DNA of 59,193 nt. Source: Clostridiales bacterium (lineage in GTDB: Bacteria > Bacillota > Clostridia > Ch29). Within the stretch, counting starts at the first letter, position 1. Each line of letters starts with the position of its first letter. Positions 10,014 through 17,923 of this stretch are shown here, piece by piece. The notes beneath the pieces are model-generated. The model was not told where the DNA came from. It ran no database searches and worked only from the letters and a program-made list of their open reading frames with translations. Made by a program: the position numbers and the translations under genes. Location of the stretch: contig JAAYJF010000061.1 in assembly GCA_012523075.1 (NCBI GenBank), forward strand, positions 1 through 59,193, in the 5' to 3' direction.

Positions 10014-10469
10014 CTATTCCTCTATCTGGTCGCAAATAGTTACAACCGTTTCCAGCTGGGCCTCCAGCAGGGTTTTAAACCTGGTCCGGAATATGTACAT
10101 CTGCCTTTTGGCTTCCTGGTACTGCTGCTCTATATCAGTAATCTTCTCATTAGCCCTCTCTATTATTCTACGCGCTTCCTCCTCAGCCTTCTTAATAATA
10201 ATTTCACTTTTTTGATGGGCGTTCCTGGTAGCCTCCTCCGCAGTGGTCTGAGCAAGCACCAGGGCATTCTGGAGGGAAGTTTCCATCTCAGTAAAGTGTT
10301 TCAGCTTGTCCTCCAGTATCTGTATCCTGTCCTTAAGGTTTGCGTTTTCCCTGTAAAGGGCCTCATAGTCCTCGGTAAGCCTGTCCAGAAACTCATCAAC
10401 TTCGTTTTCATCGAACCCTCTTATCTTTTTACTAAATTGCTTATTCTGAATCTCAAGGGGAGTAATCAT
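10014..10469 (-). CDS. divIVA: Cell division protein DivIVA
   Basis: MITPLEIQNKQF..RGFDENEVDEFLD followed by coiled coil. Confidence 0.95.
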   Translation of the reverse strand: MITPLEIQNKQFSKKIRGFDENEVDEFLDRLTEDYEALYRENANLKDRIQILEDKLKHFTEMETSLQNALVLAQTTAEEATRNAHQKSEIIIKKAEEEARRIIERANEKITDIEQQYQEAKRQMYIFRTRFKTLLEAQLETVVTICDQIEE

Positions 10470-10473
10470 GTTT

Positions 10474-10776
10474 TCACCTCCAGGGATTTGTAAGCAGATT
10501 AACTAAATAGTAAGCCATCGGCTGCGCCAGAAACCTAATAAAAAGTAGTGCCAATACCGGCGAAAAGTCTATCATGCCTCCCCCGAAGGCACTCCTTTCC
10601 ATAAGCCTTCTAAAGGGCGACAGTATAGGCTCGGTAATACCGTATATTGCCCTGGTTATTGGGCTTCCAACCCCCGGGCTAATCCAAGAGAGTATTATCC
10701 TTATAATTATCAACAGTTCGACTACGTTGAAGAAGTATCCCAGGGATACTCTCAGTACCCAGTTCAACTGACCCAT
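10474..10776 (-). CDS. yggT: YggT/YlmG family membrane protein
   Basis: IILSWI...ITEPILSPFR...IDFSPVLA. Confidence 0.92.
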   Translation of the reverse strand: MGQLNWVLRVSLGYFFNVVELLIIIRIILSWISPGVGSPITRAIYGITEPILSPFRRLMERSAFGGGMIDFSPVLALLFIRFLAQPMAYYLVNLLTNPWR

Positions 10777-10818
10777 TATTGACCTCCTTTTGTACTGCCA
10801 AGCGGCACCTCATCATGC

Positions 10819-11241
10819 CTATTTTTGCCACTTGAAAATCATTTTGTCCTTAAGCTCATCCTTTAAGTGCTCCGATATTTCCACATTGCTGGGGGCTGCT
10901 ATAAATATACCCCCAGATACTTTGTGCAGATTGCCGTCCAGACCATACACCGCACCGCTTAAAAAATCGAGAATACGCTGTGCCACCTCGTTTTCCAGTT
11001 TTTCAAGATTTACTATAACTGGCTTCCTGTTTTTTAAATTATCGCATATTTCCTCCGTCTGGTCAAAGGTAACCGGCTGATAAATCACCATTTTCACCTG
11101 GGATGCGGTACGTATGTCCAGAACCTTTCCTTTTTTCCTGGGAACTGGGTATGTATCCTCAATCTCCGGAGTGCTTTCCTCCGGTTCCGGGTCGACCAGC
11201 CCCAAAAAGCGCAGTATCTTATTCCACAAGCCGTTTTCCAT
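10819..11241 (-). CDS. sepF: Cell division protein SepF
   Basis: PVIVNLE...QRILDFLSGAVYGLDG...IFIAAPSNV. Confidence 0.95.
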   Translation of the reverse strand: MENGLWNKILRFLGLVDPEPEESTPEIEDTYPVPRKKGKVLDIRTASQVKMVIYQPVTFDQTEEICDNLKNRKPVIVNLEKLENEVAQRILDFLSGAVYGLDGNLHKVSGGIFIAAPSNVEISEHLKDELKDKMIFKWQK

Positions 11242-11259
11242 TTTAATCCCTCCCTGCTA

Positions 11260-11949
11260 CTACCCTCTTGCGCCAAATATTCCCGTTCCAACCCTAACAA
11301 TATTCGCACCTTCCTCGATGGCAACCTCATAATCCCCCGTCATTCCCATAGACAGGTAGTCCATATCCACTCCCTCGGATTTACCGGCTTTGATGGCCTC
11401 AAAAAGTTCCTTGAGCCTGGCAAAAACCGGCCTTACCTCTTCGGGGTTATTGGTAAAGGGCGCTATCGTCATAAGGCCCCTTATATGAATGTTTTTCAAG
11501 CCCTCCGCCTGCTGCAGAAAATCGCGGACCGTGACCGGTTCCATACCGAATTTGCTTTCCTCCCCCGAAACGTTTATCTGAAGCAGAACGTTCGCCCTCT
11601 TTCTTATTTTCTCGGCTCTTTTGTTTATCTCCCGTGCCAGGGCTATGGTATCCACCGAGTGTATCAAAGAAACCTTGTCAATTATGTATTTCACTTTATT
11701 CCTCTGAAGGTGCCCTATCATATGCCATTCCAGAGTGCAGTCCTTAAGGTCCTCGTACTTGCTTATTATTTCCTGTACCCTATTCTCCCCGATGGAAGTT
11801 ACCCCCAGGTCTGCGGCTTCCCTAATATTTTCAGAGCCCACCGTCTTGGTAACCGCCACCAGCTTTATATCCTCCCTTTTCCTGCCGGAGGCAGCGGCGG
11901 CCTCCCCTATTCGTTTGTTAACCAGTTCCAGGTTATCTCTTATGCCCAT
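11260..11949 (-). CDS. yggS: PLP homeostasis protein YggS/YlmE
   Basis: VAVTK, GENRVQE, WHMIGHLQRNK, LSMGMTGD, VRVGTGIFG. Confidence 0.96.
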   Translation of the reverse strand: MGIRDNLELVNKRIGEAAAASGRKREDIKLVAVTKTVGSENIREAADLGVTSIGENRVQEIISKYEDLKDCTLEWHMIGHLQRNKVKYIIDKVSLIHSVDTIALAREINKRAEKIRKRANVLLQINVSGEESKFGMEPVTVRDFLQQAEGLKNIHIRGLMTIAPFTNNPEEVRPVFARLKELFEAIKAGKSEGVDMDYLSMGMTGDYEVAIEEGANIVRVGTGIFGARG

Positions 11950-11952
11950 TTT

Positions 11953-13149
11953 CTAATCCTCCCGGTCCTTGTTTAATACTACCTTGTCGTACATCTTCAG
12001 CTCAGGTCCGGTATCCGCCCTTTCCACCACGGCGTTGGTACCGTCATGTCCCTTTACTATTACTTTCTTTTCTATGGTTTTATCGGCGTCCAGCACTTCC
12101 ACAACATGCTCGCCTTGCTTTTCGTAAACGGCGGAGAGGGGGACCACAAGCCCGCTGTATTTTCCCTTAATCACCGTCAGTTCCATGTGCCTTTTTTCGT
12201 ACAATCCGTGGAAGAAATCCTTAGCTTCAAACGCCGCTGTAAGCTCTCCTTCCAGCCTGTATATATCATTTACCCTAGCCCTTATACTATTCATTTCCTC
12301 GCCCGGAATGTCCAGCGTAACCACAGACCCCTGCTTCAGGTCACCAGCGAAGTCTTCGCTCAAATTACAGACAAAGTACCATGCATGGTTGTCTACAATC
12401 TTCAATGTCGGAACGCCCGCCTCAAGTTCCTTTGTAAAATCTACTCTTTCCACCTTTTGGGGAACCACACTAGAAGGTATTATCTCTTTTAGATTTTTTG
12501 GACTCAGCGCTTCCTCATAACCGTCCAAGGAATAAACCGGCACCCCGGAAAAGGGTGCGAATTCGGCCTTTATGCCTCCCTCTATCATTCCGTCCAGTTC
12601 CTCCTTCTGCCTTATTAGCTCCTCCCTCTCGGACTGGGTGGCATTTGCCGCAAGGCTGTAGTTCATTTCCCTGGCCAGCCTCTCCTTCTCGTAATAGACC
12701 ATAGCAAGGTTTCCCTCATCTATCAAATAGGCGATATTGGACAGGCCCTCACTGACAACCTTATCCGGCACAGCCGGCAGTGCAGAATTATCCTCCAGCG
12801 ACTGTAGCACCTGCAGCTTGTCATTTATTTCTTTATATTTATCGGTTAAGTCTGTATCTATATTATCCCTTTTTATCTCCAGCAGCTTTGAGTTGATAGG
12901 AACGCGTACGTTTTCCCTGGCGGCATAGGTAACCCTTCCTGAAATTGGTGCCTTAACCACCATTTCGTGCCTTACAATAACTCCGGCGACTTTTTGAGCA
13001 ATCATAACATCACCATGCCCAACCAGGGCCGTATCCGGCGCCCTATCGCCCAACCCTATCGCAGCCCTTACCAGCACAATAGTAAAAACCGCAAGCATTG
13101 CAAACCTTATGTATCCTTTCCTTTTTTTGGGTCTGGTCGCGTTTATCAT
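11953..13149 (-). CDS. HlyD/membrane-fusion-like periplasmic adaptor protein of unknown function
   Basis: One N-terminal TM segment; two lipoyl half-motifs (VKAPISGRV, FAPFSGVP) flank a coiled coil; C-terminal VPLSAV. Confidence 0.7.
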   Translation of the reverse strand: MINATRPKKRKGYIRFAMLAVFTIVLVRAAIGLGDRAPDTALVGHGDVMIAQKVAGVIVRHEMVVKAPISGRVTYAARENVRVPINSKLLEIKRDNIDTDLTDKYKEINDKLQVLQSLEDNSALPAVPDKVVSEGLSNIAYLIDEGNLAMVYYEKERLAREMNYSLAANATQSEREELIRQKEELDGMIEGGIKAEFAPFSGVPVYSLDGYEEALSPKNLKEIIPSSVVPQKVERVDFTKELEAGVPTLKIVDNHAWYFVCNLSEDFAGDLKQGSVVTLDIPGEEMNSIRARVNDIYRLEGELTAAFEAKDFFHGLYEKRHMELTVIKGKYSGLVVPLSAVYEKQGEHVVEVLDADKTIEKKVIVKGHDGTNAVVERADTGPELKMYDKVVLNKDRED

Positions 13150-13180
13150 GATGGCACCTTCCGTTACAATATCATTATAT

Positions 13181-13208
13181 AATTCTTCATCCTTCGCTAT
13201 TCTCCTTC
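13181..13208 (-). promoter_or_regulatory. Putative sigmaH promoter for the HlyD-like-yggS-sepF-yggT-divIVA unit
   Basis: Minus strand AAGGAGA-atagcgaaggatgaa-GAATT. Confidence 0.5.
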
Positions 13209-13261
13209 CGTCAAATCCCTTTTATAATACTTCCCTGCCCGTATTACTTAGAATATACCAA

Positions 13262-13292
13262 TAAAAAAGGTACGCCCGAAGGTGTACCCTTT
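13262..13292 (-). terminator. Rho-independent terminator
   Basis: Minus strand GGTACACC-TTCG-GGCGTACC followed by a T run. Confidence 0.75.
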
Positions 13293-13326
13293 CTTCAACC
13301 ATAAATCTATTATTCGTAGCAATAAT

Positions 13327-13560
13327 TCAGTCCCTGCAGTTTTTTTCCATTTCCAGCAACAGTTTATAACTTTCCACAAGCTGTACAGCCATCATGACCT
13401 TCTCTCCGCTAAATTTTTCTATAAGGTCATTGAAATCCTCGCTCTCCCTGTAATATACCTCCCGGAGCAGAGGATTTTTCTCAATTTTGTCTTCGATTCC
13501 GCTTAATACTTCCTTGACCTTCATTGCGGGTAGTTTCTCTTGTTTTGTATTTTCTACCAA
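13327..13560 (-). CDS. Small hypothetical protein (77 aa, helical, charged)
   Basis: GAGGGGG RBS before TTG and a downstream terminator; no recognisable motif. Confidence 0.6.
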   Translation of the reverse strand: MVENTKQEKLPAMKVKEVLSGIEDKIEKNPLLREVYYRESEDFNDLIEKFSGEKVMMAVQLVESYKLLLEMEKNCRD

Positions 13561-13709
13561 GTTGAATACCCCCTCGCAATTTTTAGTAGTCTCTTTTAAT
13601 TATATATTATTTGTACGAATCCTTCTATATTTTTCCACAAAATTAATACAATTTACGATATAAAAAGACGCCTGTTGACGGTATTCAACGTATACAGTGC
13701 CATAATTTA

Positions 13710-13744
13710 AAAAACCGCCCAATCCCGAAGGATAAGCGGTTTTT
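13710..13744. terminator. Terminator downstream of tRNA-Pro
   Basis: AAAAACCGC...ATCC-CGAA-GGAT...GCGGTTTTT hairpin. Confidence 0.7.
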
Positions 13745-13746
13745 GC

Positions 13747-13823
<77 letters not shown>

Positions 13824-13936
13824 TTGTTTTACGACGTATACTAATATAACATATTTAACTGTCCAATTCAACTGGTTTTTTGTGTTTTCGCCGGATAAAC
13901 GGCGGTATAAATATTTTAAAGAATATAGGAGTAAGA

Positions 13937-14047
13937 AAGGAATACATAAATGACGTCAAAACCGGCAGGTTCCCCACCGCCGACCACGTGTATCACATCA
14001 AGGACAGCATAGAAGACTTCGAGAAGCTCTTTGCAGAATTTGAATAA
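13937..14047 (+). pseudogene. panB: Probable 3' remnant of ketopantoate hydroxymethyltransferase
   Basis: KEYINDVKTGRFPTADHVYHIKDSIEDFEKLFAEFE* resembles the PanB C-terminal YxxDVKxGxFPxxxHxY motif. No start or upstream body; an intact terminator follows. Confidence 0.6.
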
Positions 14048-14052
14048 TAAGT

Positions 14053-14082
14053 AAGGGGTTCTCCTGTAAGAGAGCCCCTTTT
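14053..14082 (+). terminator. Terminator behind the panB-like remnant
   Basis: AAGGGGTTCTC-CTGTAA-GAGAGCCCCTT-TT. Confidence 0.7.
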
Positions 14083-14134
14083 AAATACATGCACCGCATA
14101 TTAATGCTAAATACAAAACGACACAGCAAGGCAC

Positions 14135-14255
14135 CCGATACTCGACCTACCCATAGTTCCCGGATCCAAAGCAATACCCTGATGCCTACCAACCACCAAC
14201 TATGACCCAAAAGCCTTACTCTAACTCTAGTACCTAGCGTCTGTAATCTGTCATC
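14135..14255. repeat. Degenerate heptamer tandem array, copy A
   Basis: aataccc tgatgcc taccaac caccaac tatgacc (14173-14207) shares units with the arrays at 16193 and 29050. Edges are approximate. Confidence 0.55.
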
Positions 14256-14550
14256 TGTCGCTTAAAAGGGCAAAGCCCTAAGAATCTGCCTCTGTCAATC
14301 TAAACGTAGTGAAGAATCCGGCTTTGCCGTTCTGAACGTAGTGAAGAATCTTTTGCAATCAGACACAAGATCCTTCGTTTCACTCAGGATGACAGGCGTT
14401 ATGCAAGGTCCTTCGTTTCACTCAGGATGACAGGCGTTATGCAAGGTCCTTCGCTGCGCTCAGGATGACACGGCTATCGCTTAGTGTGACAACCACTTCG
14501 CTAGGGATAACACACCGGAAGATATAAAAAGTTTTGAATGCGCTATATAT
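14256..14550 (+). repeat. Composite REP-like element, copy 1
   Basis: Three forward units (TGYC...GAAGAATC type) face three or more reverse units (TCCTTCG..C.CTCAGGATGACA), including a perfect 38-bp tandem (14371-14446), then the tail CACCGGAAGATATAAA. Confidence 0.85.
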
Positions 14551-14552
14551 GG

Positions 14553-16031
14553 TTACAGAATAATACAGATCAGCCCTCCGCTTCCTTCGTTGACTATCCT
14601 TTGCAGCGTAAGCTGCAGCTTTCCCTGGGCATCCTCCGGCATCTTGAGAAGTTTGTTCTGCAGTTGCTCCCGCACCAGGTCGTACAGGGATTTACCGAAT
14701 ATATTAGATTCCCAGAGCTTAGACGGGTTGTTTTCAAACTCCGATATCAGGTAGTTAAGTAACTCCTCGCTCTGTTTCTCGGTGCCCACCAGCGGAGACA
14801 CTTCGGTCTGAATATCCGCCCTTATCATGTGAATGGAAGGAGCACTTGCCTTCAGTTTGACCCCGAACCGGCTGCCCTGTTTGAATATCTCCGGCTCCTC
14901 CAATATCAGTTCGTCCAGTTTCGGGGATACGAGCCCATAGCCTGTTTCCCATACATCCGTCAGGGCAGAGGCTACCCTGTCATACTGCTTCTTGGCCCCT
15001 GACAGCTCCTCCACCAGCCCCAGAAGCTGGTGCTCGCCCTCCAGTGAATACCCAGTAATCTCTCCTATCACCCTGTAGAACAGCCCTGCCTCCGTTTTTA
15101 TGCTTATGCGGGCGATACCTTCGCCTAAGTTTATACTGTCAAGTACCGCCGTTTCGACGAACTGGTACGCACTGAAGGATGCCGGAATATCCTCGGTGTC
15201 TTTAAGCTTTTTCACCCCATCGGTGCTTTCCCTGACCGCCTTTATTATATCCTGCCTCAGCCAGTGCTCAAGGTCTAAGCCGTCCACCCAGCGGGGCAGG
15301 TCTATATGTATTTCGGTGACCGGGAATTCAAACAGTATTCTTTCCAGTATATAATGGACATCGTCCATGGACATGTTCATGCAGTCCACTACGCATACCG
15401 GCACTTCGTATTTAGCTTCCAATGCTTCCGCCATGTTTCTGGTCTCCTCAGCCCTGGGCCGGGTACTGTTAAGAATCATCACAAAGGGCTTGTCGAGGCT
15501 TTTAAGCTCTCTTACAACCCTTTCTTCCGCCTGTATATAGTTATGCCTGGGTATGTCGGTTATAGACCCGTCGGTGGTAACAAGAAGGCCTATGGTTGAA
15601 TGGTCATTTATTACCTTCCGTGTGCCCAGTTCCGCCGCTTCCTCAAAGGGTATCTTATTCTCAAACCACGGTGTGGATACCATCCTGGGCATTTCATCCT
15701 CCAGATGCCCCATAGCCCCCTTGACCATATACCCAACGCAATCCACCAGCCTCACCCGGAACTTGGCATTATCCTTCAACACTATCTCAACAGCTTCATT
15801 GGGCACGAACTTGGGCTCGGTGGTTGAAATGGTACGCCCCGCGCCGCTCTGCGGCAGTTCATCCTTAGCTCTTTCCCTTATGTAGGGATTGTCTATATTA
15901 GGCAACACCAGTAAATCCATAAATCTTTTGATGAAGGTAGACTTTCCCGTTCGCACAGGACCTACTATTCCAATATAAATATCTCCCTGGGTGCGCTCGG
16001 CTATGTCCTTATATATATTGAATTCTCCCAT
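14553..16031 (-). CDS. spoIVA: Stage IV sporulation protein A
   Basis: IYKDIAERTQGDIYIGIVGPVRTGKSTFIKRF...GGLICIIL. ATG 16031 gives 492 aa; the ORF-track start is too far upstream. Confidence 0.98.
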   Translation of the reverse strand: MGEFNIYKDIAERTQGDIYIGIVGPVRTGKSTFIKRFMDLLVLPNIDNPYIRERAKDELPQSGAGRTISTTEPKFVPNEAVEIVLKDNAKFRVRLVDCVGYMVKGAMGHLEDEMPRMVSTPWFENKIPFEEAAELGTRKVINDHSTIGLLVTTDGSITDIPRHNYIQAEERVVRELKSLDKPFVMILNSTRPRAEETRNMAEALEAKYEVPVCVVDCMNMSMDDVHYILERILFEFPVTEIHIDLPRWVDGLDLEHWLRQDIIKAVRESTDGVKKLKDTEDIPASFSAYQFVETAVLDSINLGEGIARISIKTEAGLFYRVIGEITGYSLEGEHQLLGLVEELSGAKKQYDRVASALTDVWETGYGLVSPKLDELILEEPEIFKQGSRFGVKLKASAPSIHMIRADIQTEVSPLVGTEKQSEELLNYLISEFENNPSKLWESNIFGKSLYDLVREQLQNKLLKMPEDAQGKLQLTLQRIVNEGSGGLICIIL

Positions 16032-16076
16032 CCTCTTATCCCCCCTTTTACTAAATTGAACATGCTTTAACATTAT

Positions 16077-16106
16077 ATATATATGAGGGGAAAACCGTAT
16101 TATTAC
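16077..16106 (-). promoter_or_regulatory. Putative sigmaE promoter of spoIVA
   Basis: Minus strand TAATAAT-13 nt-CATATATAT; spoIVA is sigmaE-dependent in B. subtilis and clostridia. Confidence 0.6.
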
Positions 16107-16160
16107 TAAAAAATCGGCCCTGCCCCTCCTGTAAAAGGAATTGGGACACACTGCATCAAG

Positions 16161-16187
16161 AAAGCCCCGGGACTTCTCCCGGGACTT
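16161..16187 (-). terminator. Hairpin/terminator after gpsA
   Basis: AAGCCCCGGGA-CTTC-TCCCGGGACTT. Confidence 0.6.
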
Positions 16188-16192
16188 CACCC

Positions 16193-16283
16193 CAACGCCT
16201 ACAAGCTGTGATCTGTGACCTATCACCCGCAGACACTACCCTAACGCCTACCAACTACGAACTGGCACCTGTGACCGGTGATC
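16193..16283. repeat. Degenerate heptamer tandem array, copy B (13 units)
   Basis: caacgcc tacaagc tgtgatc tgtgacc tatcacc cgcagac actaccc taacgcc taccaac tacgaac tggcacc tgtgacc ggtgatc; every unit ends in C. Confidence 0.75.
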
Positions 16284-16290
16284 TGTTTTT

Positions 16291-17307
16291 CTACCATCCT
16301 TCCACTATCTCTTCTGTTTCGTGCGTTCTGGTCCTTAGCATAAGATTTTCCACCGACTTTTTAACATCGGCCCCTTCGAACAAAACCCTGTAAATCTCCC
16401 TTGTTATGGGCATATCTATACCGTGCAGCACTGAAAGCTCGTAGGCCGCCTGGGTGGCCTTAACACCCTCCACCACCATCCGGGTACCCCCCAGCACTTC
16501 ATCCAGGGGCTTACCCTGGCCTATCTGTATTCCCGCCCTTCTGTTCCTGCTGTGCATGCTGGTGCAGGTGACAATCAAATCCCCTATGCCGGAAAGCCCT
16601 GCAAAGGTGGAGGCCTTTGCCCCCATCTTTACCCCGAGCCTTGCTATCTCCACTATACCCCTCGTCATAAGGGCAGCCTTTGTGTTGTCCCCGTATCCCA
16701 AGCCGTCCGATATACCGGCCCCTAAGGCAATAACGTTCTTTAGGGCACCGCCCATTTCCACCCCTATTATATCGGGGTTTGTGTAAACCCTAAAAGCCGG
16801 GGCCATAAACAGGTCCTGAACGTACTCTGCCATTTCCCGATCCGGACAGGCCGCAGCCACCGTCGTCGGCATACCCCTGCCCACCTCTTCCGCATGGCTG
16901 GGTCCGGACACTGCCGCTACCCTGTTATTGGGCAACCGTTCCTTTATTACCTCTGACAGGCGCTTAAGGGTACCTGGGTCCAACCCCTTGGCAACGTTTA
17001 CCAGCCTCTGGTCCGGCCTTATGGAAGGTGCCAAAGACTTTATAACACTACTCAAAACATGGGAGGGCACTGCGAAAATAATTGTATCGCAGCCATGAAT
17101 GCTTTCCTCCATGTCCCCCACTGGATTTATGTTTTCACCAAGTTTAACCCCAGGCAGATACATTACATTTTCCCGGGTCTCCTTTACAGTTTCAAGCAAG
17201 TCCTCCTCCCGAATCCATAGATTTAATCCTATTCCTTTGCCATCCAGTACCGTAGCAAGGGCGGTGCCCCAGCTTCCGGCTCCCACCACAGCAATTTTTG
17301 CACTCAT
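16291..17307 (-). CDS. gpsA: NAD(P)H-dependent glycerol-3-phosphate dehydrogenase
   Basis: GAGSWGTALA, SGPSHAEEV, GGALKNVIA, GDLIVTCTSMHSRN. Confidence 0.97.
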   Translation of the reverse strand: MSAKIAVVGAGSWGTALATVLDGKGIGLNLWIREEDLLETVKETRENVMYLPGVKLGENINPVGDMEESIHGCDTIIFAVPSHVLSSVIKSLAPSIRPDQRLVNVAKGLDPGTLKRLSEVIKERLPNNRVAAVSGPSHAEEVGRGMPTTVAAACPDREMAEYVQDLFMAPAFRVYTNPDIIGVEMGGALKNVIALGAGISDGLGYGDNTKAALMTRGIVEIARLGVKMGAKASTFAGLSGIGDLIVTCTSMHSRNRRAGIQIGQGKPLDEVLGGTRMVVEGVKATQAAYELSVLHGIDMPITREIYRVLFEGADVKKSVENLMLRTRTHETEEIVEGW

Positions 17308-17311
17308 ATCT

Positions 17312-17920
17312 TTAGTCCCCCTTTTTTGGTGTTAGTTTTATGCTAACCTTTGATTCCTGTCCGCCAAGCAGCCTTTTTATGTTATCCTTGTGCCTTACAA
17401 GGGCAAAGGCGCTTATCACAACCGAAAATACTATCATCTCCTGTGACAGCCCAAAAGCAATCACCAATACCGGGTAGCACAGCGCGCACACCACCGAAGC
17501 CAGCGATACGTACCTGGTGGTCAGTATTATAATTATGCCGGCGATAAGGAGTATCATCGCCACCCGTATATCAAGGCTTAAAAGAACGCCCAGCGAAGTC
17601 GCTATTCCTTTGCCGCCTTTAAAATTCAGTACAAAGGGCCAGTTGTGGCCGCACACCACCACAATACCGGCAATAATAGCGCCGACATCTCCGCCTCCCA
17701 GATGTCTTCCAACTACTACCGCGACTACTCCCTTTAATAGGTCAATTGCAAGGGCAAGAACGGCGGGTTTGCTGCCTAATACCCTGTTAACATTAGTTGC
17801 ACCGGCGTTTCTGCTGCCGTGTTCCCTTATGTCAATACCCCCAACCACCTTACCTATTATGTACGCTCCGTTTATGTTGCCAAGCAGGTATCCCGCAAGG
17901 GACGAGATTACTAAACCCAT
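17312..17920 (-). CDS. plsY: Glycerol-3-phosphate acyltransferase PlsY
   Basis: GYLLG, DIREHGSRNAGATN, FKGGKGIAT, RHKDNIKRL. Confidence 0.96.
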   Translation of the reverse strand: MGLVISSLAGYLLGNINGAYIIGKVVGGIDIREHGSRNAGATNVNRVLGSKPAVLALAIDLLKGVVAVVVGRHLGGGDVGAIIAGIVVVCGHNWPFVLNFKGGKGIATSLGVLLSLDIRVAMILLIAGIIIILTTRYVSLASVVCALCYPVLVIAFGLSQEMIVFSVVISAFALVRHKDNIKRLLGGQESKVSIKLTPKKGD

Positions 17921-17923
17921 TGG

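Noticed and set aside
13150-13746. Possible genomic island at the tRNA-Pro 3' end
   Set aside because: No integrase and no duplicated tRNA 3' end; core genes resume within about 600 bp.
13998-14210. 70-aa minus-strand ORF
   Set aside because: Runs through the heptamer array, a terminator and the antisense of the panB-like remnant; no convincing RBS.
14368-14470. Three 38-bp-period direct repeats resembling a mini CRISPR array
   Set aside because: The intervening 14-bp segments are identical and too short, the repeats belong to the palindromic REP-like family, and there are no cas genes.
16032-16226. 65-aa N-terminal extension of SpoIVA in the ORF track
   Set aside because: ATG 16031 has an RBS and gives the canonical 492 aa; the extension crosses a promoter, a hairpin and a repeat.
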